From a virus: DNA of 5,096 nt. The stretch covers positions 1 through 5,096 of the IMG/VR virus record IMGVR_UViG_3300029458_000036. One strand, 5' to 3'. The position numbers were made by a program, and so were the translations under genes. The notes under the pieces are model-generated. The model ran no database searches. It was not told the origin of the DNA and saw only the letters and a program-made list of their open reading frames with translations. Positions within the stretch are counted from its first letter, which is position 1; every line of letters begins with the position of its first letter. Shown piece after piece: positions 1-4,990 of the stretch.

Positions 1-81
1 TGTACCCGGTCGAAGGAGCGATTACTAAGAATGGAAAGCAGCATTATAGTTTTTACGGTAGCCTTGCCTCTCACCCTGAGC
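1..81. repeat. Terminal redundancy, copy 1 (identical to 5016-5096); overlap of a circular 5,015-nt genome
   Basis: Read by eye: tgtacccggtcgaaggagcg...ctcaccctgagc occurs at 1-81 and again at 5016-5096 with no mismatch. The VP4 reading frame is only complete when the two ends are joined. Confidence 0.95.
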
Positions 82-887
82 TTGCTGGCGATAGCCGTTT
101 CATTCGTTGTTCTTGTAAACAATGCATTGGCTGCCGTCTCGAAAATAGTAGACAATGGGCTGTCCGTGCTGTTCACGAAGCCCGCTCTTCGTCTTCTGCT
201 TATTTCGTTACTTGCACTTTTGACGATTATCATTTGCCTGGCGATAAAAGCTTAAGCAAGAAATTTCATCAGACTTTCATGAAGAATCTTCGGCGTGAGT
301 ATGGCAGCGGTATTCGTTTTCTCGGCTGTGGTGAATATGGTGAGCTTCATGGTCGTCCCCATTATCATTATATTTTGTTTAATATTGATTTTGATGACAA
401 AATTTTTCGGTTCCGTACAGACGGTTATAATACTTATACTTCTTCTCGCTTTGCCAAGATATGGAAATACGGTATGCATCTTATTGGCGAGTTTAGTTTT
501 GACGCTGCTGCCTATGTCGCTCGCTATATAGTCAAAAAACAGACTGGCAGTAAAGCTGCTGCTTACTATAAAGGCCGTACGCCTGAGTTTATGCTTGCAT
601 CTAATCGTCCCGGCATAGGCGGAAAATGGCTTGAAGATCATGGTGAAGAGTGTTATGCTAACGATTATGTTGTTATCAATGGTAGAAAGATGCGTCCTCC
701 TCGTTATTACGATAAGAAATTCGATGAAACGCATCCTCACTGGATGGAGTTTATTCGTAACAACCGTATTGAGAAGATGCTGCATAACCTGGAGAACAAT
801 ACTTTTGATCGTTTGATTGACCGCTGCCGCGTTCAGGAAGGTAAGTATAAACATTTTCTTGGCAGAAAACTTGACAAGGTATTGTGA
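1..887 (+). CDS. VP4: Replication initiation protein VP4 (HUH rolling-circle endonuclease, phiX174 gpA-like). 5'-truncated by the window edge; first full codon at 3; N-terminus at 4991-5015
   Basis: Frame 3 is open from base 3 to TGA 885-887 and continues the ORF that starts at ATG 4991. The track ORF 234-887 is only its TTG-started tail. Cys cluster RCSCKQCIGCR at 105-137. Motif I-like YFVTCTFDD. HUH motif RPHYHYILFN (His codons 360-362 and 366-368). Paired catalytic tyrosines in AAAYVARYIVKK (Tyr 513-515 and 525-527, YxxxY as in phiX174 A protein). Codon third positions are T-rich, as in the other genes. Confidence 0.93.
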   Translation, partial: YPVEGAITKNGKQHYSFYGSLASHPELAGDSRFIRCSCKQCIGCRLENSRQWAVRAVHEARSSSSAYFVTCTFDDYHLPGDKSLSKKFHQTFMKNLRREYGSGIRFLGCGEYGELHGRPHYHYILFNIDFDDKIFRFRTDGYNTYTSSRFAKIWKYGMHLIGEFSFDAAAYVARYIVKKQTGSKAAAYYKGRTPEFMLASNRPGIGGKWLEDHGEECYANDYVVINGRKMRPPRYYDKKFDETHPHWMEFIRNNRIEKMLHNLENNTFDRLIDRCRVQEGKYKHFLGRKLDKVL

Positions 888-899
888 CTGTGTTATTAT
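871..899 (+). promoter_or_regulatory. Sigma70-type promoter with extended -10, inside the 3' end of VP4 and upstream of ORF 915 and VP5
   Basis: TTGACA 871-876, 17-nt spacer ending in TGT (891-893, TGn extended -10), then TATTAT 894-899 (5/6 to TATAAT). Predicted start near 906. Confidence 0.55.
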
Positions 900-914
900 T
901 AAGTCAGAAACGAG

Positions 915-1157
915 GTGATGTTTATTAGTGAATTTGAAGCTGTTAAAAATTTTCTTCGTGAACGTGATATTTCTTTTAACTTTCTCTTTCGTGGTAGTAA
1001 ATATGCCGCTTACCGTCTAAAGCCTGATGGTTTTAGGGTTATTCGTCTTGATAAGGATTATTTTGTTGTATCATCTATGATTTATCTTATGATTCGTAGG
1101 TATCTAATTGCGTTTAGAAAAGGAGATGGTTCCGCTGAGACTTTATTCCATTTATGA
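915..1157 (+). CDS. Hypothetical small protein (about 79-80 aa), no family recognised
   Basis: Open frame filling the VP4-VP5 gap. GTG 915 or ATG 918. T-rich third positions and cgt/gct/ttt/gat codon choice match the recognised genes. It lies downstream of the 871 promoter. Weak point: GAGG 912-915 is only 2 nt from ATG 918, so the RBS is poor. The 3' end overlaps the VP5 start. Confidence 0.5.
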   Translation: MMFISEFEAVKNFLRERDISFNFLFRGSKYAAYRLKPDGFRVIRLDKDYFVVSSMIYLMIRRYLIAFRKGDGSAETLFHL

Positions 1158-1416
1158 TTCTAAGGCTGAACAGTTCAGTCCTCCACAGGTTTACCACAAT
1201 GATTTGCTTGCTCTGCGAGCTTTTGAAGGTATAGTTAACGATGATAAAATGCTTATTAAAAAATACCCTGAAGATTTTACTTTGTATTATGTTGGCAATC
1301 TCGGTGACAGCGACGGTCGCTATTACATTGAGAATTGTGACGAGTCCCGTATTCCTGTCATGGTTGGTCGCGCCATAGAGTATGTGCAGACTGTTGACAA
1401 TGATTCTACTAAATGA
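1126..1416 (+). CDS. VP5: VP5-like non-structural protein of gokushoviruses (ssDNA synthesis/packaging accessory)
   Basis: Translation MVPLRLYSIYDSKAEQFSPP...LLALRAFEGIVND...KKYPEDFTLYYVGNLGDSDGRY matches my recollection of chlamydiaphage ORF5/VP5 (short beta start, ALRAF, PEDY/F-x-LY-x-x-G-x-x-D). Position after VP4 and before VP3 is canonical. Start is uncertain: ATG 1126 fits the homologous N-terminus but AAGGAG 1120-1125 abuts it. The TTG 1108 of the ORF track is the alternative. Stop TGA 1414-1416. Confidence 0.78.
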   Translation: MVPLRLYSIYDSKAEQFSPPQVYHNDLLALRAFEGIVNDDKMLIKKYPEDFTLYYVGNLGDSDGRYYIENCDESRIPVMVGRAIEYVQTVDNDSTK

Positions 1417-1422
1417 TAATCT
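1394..1422 (+). promoter_or_regulatory. Candidate promoter with extended -10 in the 3' end of VP5
   Basis: TTGACA 1394-1399, 17-nt spacer ending in TGA (1414-1416, TGn), then TAATCT 1417-1422 (TAnnnT retained, 3/6 overall). Same architecture as the 871 and 4945 promoters. Confidence 0.4.
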
Positions 1423-1444
1423 AATAAAGAGCGTATTAGAAAAA

Positions 1445-1474
1445 GGACGATCTCATGGAGATCGCCCTTTTTTT
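1445..1474 (+). terminator. Rho-independent terminator after VP5
   Basis: Stem CGATCTC (1448-1454) / GAGATCG (1458-1464), extended by GG 1445-1446 / CC 1466-1467 across one mismatch. Loop is 3-5 nt. Followed by T7 (1468-1474) and preceded by A5 (1440-1444). Confidence 0.7.
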
Positions 1475-1522
1475 GTACGCTACGCCCGCCGCGTCTAGGC
1501 GCTTTTGAAAGGAGGTGAAACT

Positions 1523-2005
1523 ATGAAATTTAAGACAGCCTATGATCCTGTAGAAGAACATGACCATTGTGGCATTGAGTTTACTATGCCTTCTCTTGCC
1601 GTTCAGGACGAGAAAGATGAAACTGATATCAATTACATCGTAAATAAGTATGCAGACGGTCAGAAAGGTATTATGACACTTGATCTTGGTGATAGCTCTC
1701 AGTATGCTTATCTGCAGTTCGGAGATGCAACGCTCCCTGGCGATTACAGTACAGCTCTTGAGCTTGTGTCTGGAGTTCGTGAAGAATTCTACAGCCTGCC
1801 TGCTTACGTTCGAGCAAAATTTGGTCACGATCCTATGAATTTTATCGACCATTTGAATGATCCTGCAACGTTCGAATATCTCCGGCAGCAAGGTCTGTAT
1901 GGCAGCAATGATACCTTTGATGAACCACAACAGTCCGTAAGTAGTAAACAAACACAAGAAAAAAGTAACACTTCAGAACAAAATAATGAAGAAACACAAA
2001 AATAG
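1523..2005 (+). CDS. VP3: Internal scaffolding protein VP3
   Basis: ATG 1523 sits 5 nt after GGAGGTG (1511-1517). The track start TTG 1505 lies upstream of that RBS and is rejected. 160-aa acidic protein MKFKTAYDP...PSLAVQDEKDETDINYIVNKY...EEFYSLPAYVRAKFGHDPMNFIDHLNDP with a low-complexity Q/E/S/N tail. This matches the gokushovirus VP3 pattern (PSLT-QQ, DIN-I, F--LP---R--F-N-P--F) and the position immediately upstream of VP1. Stop TAG 2003-2005. Confidence 0.85.
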   Translation: MKFKTAYDPVEEHDHCGIEFTMPSLAVQDEKDETDINYIVNKYADGQKGIMTLDLGDSSQYAYLQFGDATLPGDYSTALELVSGVREEFYSLPAYVRAKFGHDPMNFIDHLNDPATFEYLRQQGLYGSNDTFDEPQQSVSSKQTQEKSNTSEQNNEETQK

Positions 2006-2054
2006 GCGTCACCGAAGCCAGTTACTTACTTGATGTAACTGGCGTAGGTGACGC
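2006..2054. repeat. Long interrupted inverted repeat (17 bp stem-loop) immediately after the VP3 stop
   Basis: GCGTCACC 2006-2013 pairs with GGTGACGC 2047-2054. A 3x3 internal loop follows (GAA / GTA). GCCAGTTAC 2017-2025 pairs with GTAACTGGC 2035-2043. The 9-nt loop TTACTTGAT is at 2026-2034. All pairs checked by hand. On the + strand it is followed by AAAAAT rather than a T-run. Confidence 0.9.
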
Positions 2055-2066
2055 AAAAATAATCTA

Positions 2067-2106
2067 AAACCTAATAATAATTTGCTTTAGGTCAATTATT
2101 AGGTTT
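2067..2106. repeat. Second perfect inverted repeat (12 bp AT-rich stem, 16-nt loop) upstream of VP1
   Basis: AAACCTAATAAT 2067-2078 is the exact reverse complement of ATTATTAGGTTT 2095-2106. Loop AATTTGCTTTAGGTCA 2079-2094. Confidence 0.85.
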
Positions 2107-2128
2107 ACACTTCGAAGAAGGTGAAATT

Positions 2129-3853
2129 TTGGCTCGAAAAAAAATAAGAGTTCGAGGACATCGCTTCAGCGATGCTCCTGCAATGTACATGAAAAGGACT
2201 AAATTTGACCGTTCTCATGTTTATAAGACAACTTTTGATTCAGGCAAGCTTATACCTGTATTTGTTGATGAGGTTTTGCCTGGCGATACTACTCGTATGT
2301 CTGTTAATTATTTCGCTCGTTTGGCTACTCCTATTAAGCCTATCATGGATAATATTTATCTGGACTGGTTTTTCTTTTTTGTCCCAAATCGTCTTGTTTG
2401 GGAACACTGGCAGAATTTCTGTTTTGAGCAGGAAGACCCTGATGATAGTACTGATTATGTCATCCCTACTGTTGCTGCTACTGGTAACTCTGATAATGTT
2501 TATGTAGGCTCTCTTTGGGACTATTTCGGTTTGCCCGTAAATACTAGTGGTAACTTGTCTGGTATTAGTGCGCTTCCATTCCGTGGCGTTTATCTTATTT
2601 ATAACGAATGGTTTAGAGATGAAAATCTCCAGAAATCCGTTAAGATTCAGAAAGGCGATACCAATGAAGTATTGGATTCTTCCCGTGCTGCTGATCAGCC
2701 TTCTTGGGTTTTCGCGTCAGGTACCAGTATTGTTCCCGGCTTAGCCTGTCCGCCTCGCGGTAAGCGTCATGATTACTTTACTTCTGCTCTGCCTTGGACA
2801 CAGAAAGGACCCGGTGTTTCTATAGGCTTAGCTGGTACCGCTGCATTAGTTGATCCTAGGCCTGTTACAGGTTTTTTTGTTTCGCAGGCTAATGCCGATT
2901 TAGGCGCTGCACAACTTTCTAAAGATGGCGGCGTTCATAATGTTTATACTGGAACCGGTTCTTTAAGCTATCAAGGTGGTTATGATGTTTCTATAGCTGG
3001 CCACGCTATTAAAGGTGCTGGTACGTCTCAGGTTGTTTGTAAACCTGGTTCTTCTTGGCTTTCTAAGGATGCTTACGCTGATTTGGATTCCTCTAGTATT
3101 TTCACGATTAACAGTCTTCGTACTGCTTTCCAGATGCAGAAGTTCTATGAACGCCTTGCTCGTGGTGGTAGTCGGTATACTGAAGTGCTTCGCTCTTTCT
3201 TCGGCGTGGTTTCTCCTGATGCAAGACTGCAGCGCCCTGAGTTCCTCGGCTCTTTCACTAAAATGGTTAACGTCAATCCAATAGCTCAGACTTCTGCAAC
3301 CGACGATACTTCTCCTCAAGGCAACCTTTCTGCTTATGGTGTTACTGCTGCCAAGTTCCATGGCTTTACTAAGTCTTTTGTCGAACATGGCTATATTTTT
3401 GGCTTTGTATGCGCCCGTGCCGATCTTACTTATCAGCAGGGTATCAACAAGATGTGGCTTCGCTCTACTGTTTATGATTTTTATTGGCCAACATTCGCGC
3501 ATCTTGGCGAACAGGCCATTGAGCTTCGTGAGATCTATGCTCAAGGTTCTGAAGCTGATAGTACTGTTTTTGGCTACCAGGAACGTTATGCCGAATATCG
3601 CTATAAACCTTCGCAGATTACAGGCAAGTTCCGCAGCTCTGTAACTGGTGGCAACCTTGACGTATGGCACCTTTCACAGTTCTTCAATAACGCTCCCACT
3701 CTAAACGAAGAGTTTATTACGGAAAATCCGCCTATTGAGCGCATTGTCGCTGTTCCCAGTGAGCCTGAGTTCTTGCTTGACATAGGCTTCCGTTACACTA
3801 CTGTGCGTCCTATGCCTATGTTTGGCACACCCGGCCTTGTTGATCACTTCTAG
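2129..3853 (+). CDS. VP1: Major capsid protein VP1 (phiX174 F-like jelly roll with gokushovirus insertion loop)
   Basis: 574-aa ORF. TTG 2129 is 5 nt after AAGGTG (2118-2123). N-terminal HRFSDAP...FDRSHVYKTTFDSGKLIPVFVDEVLPGDT matches the conserved gokushovirus VP1 N-terminus, so the TTG start is preferred over the internal ATGs. Further hallmarks: KRHDYFTSALPWTQKG, TINSLRTAFQMQKFYERLARGGSRYTEVLRSFFGV, RLQRPEFLG, WHLSQ. Stop TAG 3851-3853. Confidence 0.95.
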   Translation: MARKKIRVRGHRFSDAPAMYMKRTKFDRSHVYKTTFDSGKLIPVFVDEVLPGDTTRMSVNYFARLATPIKPIMDNIYLDWFFFFVPNRLVWEHWQNFCFEQEDPDDSTDYVIPTVAATGNSDNVYVGSLWDYFGLPVNTSGNLSGISALPFRGVYLIYNEWFRDENLQKSVKIQKGDTNEVLDSSRAADQPSWVFASGTSIVPGLACPPRGKRHDYFTSALPWTQKGPGVSIGLAGTAALVDPRPVTGFFVSQANADLGAAQLSKDGGVHNVYTGTGSLSYQGGYDVSIAGHAIKGAGTSQVVCKPGSSWLSKDAYADLDSSSIFTINSLRTAFQMQKFYERLARGGSRYTEVLRSFFGVVSPDARLQRPEFLGSFTKMVNVNPIAQTSATDDTSPQGNLSAYGVTAAKFHGFTKSFVEHGYIFGFVCARADLTYQQGINKMWLRSTVYDFYWPTFAHLGEQAIELREIYAQGSEADSTVFGYQERYAEYRYKPSQITGKFRSSVTGGNLDVWHLSQFFNNAPTLNEEFITENPPIERIVAVPSEPEFLLDIGFRYTTVRPMPMFGTPGLVDHF

Positions 3854-3867
3854 AAGGAGTTGGTTTT

Positions 3868-4596
3868 ATGTCATGGCTTTCTGATACTTTAGGCAGCGTC
3901 GCTGGTTCTGTTCTTGGATCTGCAGTTCAGAATCATTACAATTCTGCTAATGCAGCACAAGCTAACGCGTGGAACGTTGAAAATTATAAACATCGTTATC
4001 AATGGGCTGTAGAAGATATGCGCAGAGCTGGTCTTAATCCTATTCTTGCTGCAACTAATGGTATAGGCGGTTCTATATCTGGAGCTTCAGCTGCTTCTGT
4101 AGGTATGAGTGATATTGGTTCTACCATGAACTCTGCTAGAGCCGCTAGTGCCGCTGAAAGGCAGGCTAAGAATGCCGAGAATCTTTCAGTATCTCAAATT
4201 GATAAAAACGCCGCAGAAGCCGATTCTATGCGCCAGAGAACCCATGGTATAGTTCTTGAGAATGGTATTCTTGCAAATGATTTGAACCTTCGTGAGCAGA
4301 CTTATGAAAAACGTCTTGGTTATGAGCTTGAAAAGATGAATTTGGAGCTTGAAAACCTTCGTCTTCAGGGTTCTTACCTTAACTCTGGTGTTTTAAACAA
4401 CATTGCTTCTGCTAATCGTTCTAATTCTGCTGCCGCTTTTGATAATATTCAAACTGAAATGGCAGGTATGGAACGTGATTTCTATAAGAATCTTGAAAGT
4501 CTTACAGGTGCTCCTAGATCTGTCGCTAGTGGTGTTGGTTCTGCTGTCAAAAATGTTATAGGCTTCCTCGGAGGCCGTTATCTTGGAAGGAGATAA
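3868..4596 (+). CDS. VP2: Minor capsid / DNA pilot protein VP2
   Basis: ATG 3868 is 8 nt after AAGGAG (3854-3859). 242 aa with a Gly/Ser/Ala-rich N-terminus, then the conserved ...NYKHRYQWAVEDMRRAGLNPILA... block typical of gokushovirus VP2, and a coiled-coil-like C-terminal half (LELENLRLQ). Position directly after VP1 is canonical. Stop TAA 4594-4596. Confidence 0.88.
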   Translation: MSWLSDTLGSVAGSVLGSAVQNHYNSANAAQANAWNVENYKHRYQWAVEDMRRAGLNPILAATNGIGGSISGASAASVGMSDIGSTMNSARAASAAERQAKNAENLSVSQIDKNAAEADSMRQRTHGIVLENGILANDLNLREQTYEKRLGYELEKMNLELENLRLQGSYLNSGVLNNIASANRSNSAAAFDNIQTEMAGMERDFYKNLESLTGAPRSVASGVGSAVKNVIGFLGGRYLGRR

Positions 4597-4601
4597 TATT
4601 T

Positions 4602-4841
4602 ATGTCTAATAAAACTACTATGATTCTGACTTTTATTGTCACCGTTGTTGTCCCTTTTATTCAAGAAGTTATAGATCTAATTGAAGCTCTGAAAGGTAAA
4701 GCTTCTTCGAATACTGTTACTGCTAAAAAGGTTGCCTCGGATTTTCAAACCGATGTTGCGCAGCTTGTTGAGCCAGTTGCTAATAAGAATGATTCTAAAA
4801 AAACTAGCCGTTTTTTCGGTTCTTGGAGGGATGCTAAATGA
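4602..4841 (+). CDS. Hypothetical small protein with an N-terminal transmembrane-like segment (79 aa)
   Basis: ATG 4602 is 9 nt after AAGGAG (4587-4592). It does not overlap VP2. Hydrophobic stretch MILTFIVTVVVPFI is followed by a charged, hydrophilic tail. Its stop overlaps the next start as ATGA (4838-4841), which suggests translational coupling. No family recognised. Confidence 0.6.
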   Translation: MSNKTTMILTFIVTVVVPFIQEVIDLIEALKGKASSNTVTAKKVASDFQTDVAQLVEPVANKNDSKKTSRFFGSWRDAK

Positions 4842-4948
4842 GACGGCGTCGCTTGTCTAAACGAGGTTCTCGCCGTCTTTTTCGGCGTACCTCCAGATCT
4901 CGTCGCAGAAATTTTAAGAGAGTAGGACGAGGTGGATTTAGGATTTGA
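4838..4948 (+). CDS. Small arginine-rich DNA-binding/packaging peptide (phiX174 J / chlamydiaphage ORF8 analogue), 36 aa
   Basis: Hand translation from ATG 4838: MRRRRLSKRGSRRLFRRTSRSRRRNFKRVGRGGFRI, stop TGA 4946-4948. It has 16 Arg and 2 Lys, with no acidic residues. GGAGG 4825-4829 lies 8 nt upstream. Position between VP2 and VP4 matches ORF8 of chlamydiaphages. Absent from the supplied ORF track, probably because it is so short. Confidence 0.75.
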   Translation: MRRRRLSKRGSRRLFRRTSRSRRRNFKRVGRGGFRI

Positions 4949-4973
4949 CATTCTGACTTAATCCTGATACAAT
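4945..4973 (+). promoter_or_regulatory. Near-consensus sigma70-type promoter with extended -10, upstream of VP4
   Basis: TTGACA 4945-4950 overlaps the stop of the Arg-rich ORF. The 17-nt spacer ends in TGA (4965-4967, TGn), followed by TACAAT 4968-4973 (5/6). Predicted start near 4980, at the AGGTGA RBS (4980-4985) of VP4. Confidence 0.6.
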
Positions 4974-4990
4974 CGGTACAGGTGATTAAT

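Noticed and set aside
1-81. The 81-nt direct repeat at both window ends, considered as a biological terminal repeat, att site or LTR-like element.
   Set aside because: The copies are identical, sit exactly at the window ends, and lie inside the VP4 coding frame. This is the signature of a circular contig overlap, not a functional repeat.
295-531. Hydrophobic +1-frame ORFs inside VP4 and VP1 (295-531, 631-816, 2205-2507, 2547-2744, 3015-3284, 3336-3644) that look like membrane proteins.
   Set aside because: All lie in the frame whose second codon position is the T-rich third position of the real gene. That arrangement automatically yields L/I/V/F/M-rich, stop-poor translations. I found no convincing SD in front of them. 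They are most likely a compositional artefact. Only 31-255 was kept as a low-confidence finding, because of its ATG plus GAAGGAG.
252-854. 200-aa minus-strand ORF antisense to VP4. Similar antisense ORFs at 1436-1957, 2963-3670, 3601-3783 and 4745-4951.
   Set aside because: Each lies fully antisense to a + strand gene with clear family motifs (VP4, VP3, VP1, the Arg-rich peptide). None has an RBS or a recognisable motif, and microviruses transcribe only one strand. Their translations are low-complexity mirror products of the sense codon bias.
234-887. Track ORF 234-887 treated as a separate 217-aa gene starting at TTG.
   Set aside because: The same frame is open back to base 3 and continues from ATG 4991 across the circular junction. 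The upstream part carries conserved Rep features (Cys cluster, motif I). 234-887 is therefore only the C-terminal part of VP4.
1487-1506. Short GC hairpin CGCC/GGCG followed by TTTT, considered as an independent terminator.
   Set aside because: It has only 4 bp of stem and a 4-nt T-run, which is too weak to call as a feature on its own. It is mentioned only as context for the leader-region finding.
1505-1522. TTG 1505 given by the ORF track as the VP3 start (MKGGET...).
   Set aside because: The strong RBS GGAGGTG (1511-1517) lies downstream of that TTG and at ideal spacing for ATG 1523. The TTG codon itself overlaps the T-run of the preceding weak hairpin.
2047-2078. Possible dif-like XerC/XerD site (GGTGACGCAAAAATAATCTAAAACCTAAT compared with E. 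coli dif GGTGCGCATAATGTATATTATGTTAAAT). I recall some enterobacterial gokushoviruses lysogenising at dif.
   Set aside because: Only the GGTG-CGCA part resembles the XerC arm, and that needs an indel. No TTATGTTAAAT-like XerD arm follows. I found no better match elsewhere by eye (a CATAATGT inside VP1 at about 2934 is coding and lacks the second arm). A proper pattern search could revisit this.
3777-3805. Fourth TTGACA hexamer (3777-3782) inside the VP1 3' end, considered as a promoter for VP2.
   Set aside because: There is no TGn and no TAnnnT hexamer at the 17-nt spacing (ACTGTG at 3800-3805). VP2 is more simply expressed from the VP1 transcript.
4831-4860. ATG 4831 as an alternative start near the Arg-rich ORF.
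   Set aside because: That frame (atg cta aat gag acg gcg tcg ctt gtc taa) terminates after 9 codons. ATG 4838 gives the 36-aa basic peptide with correct RBS spacing.
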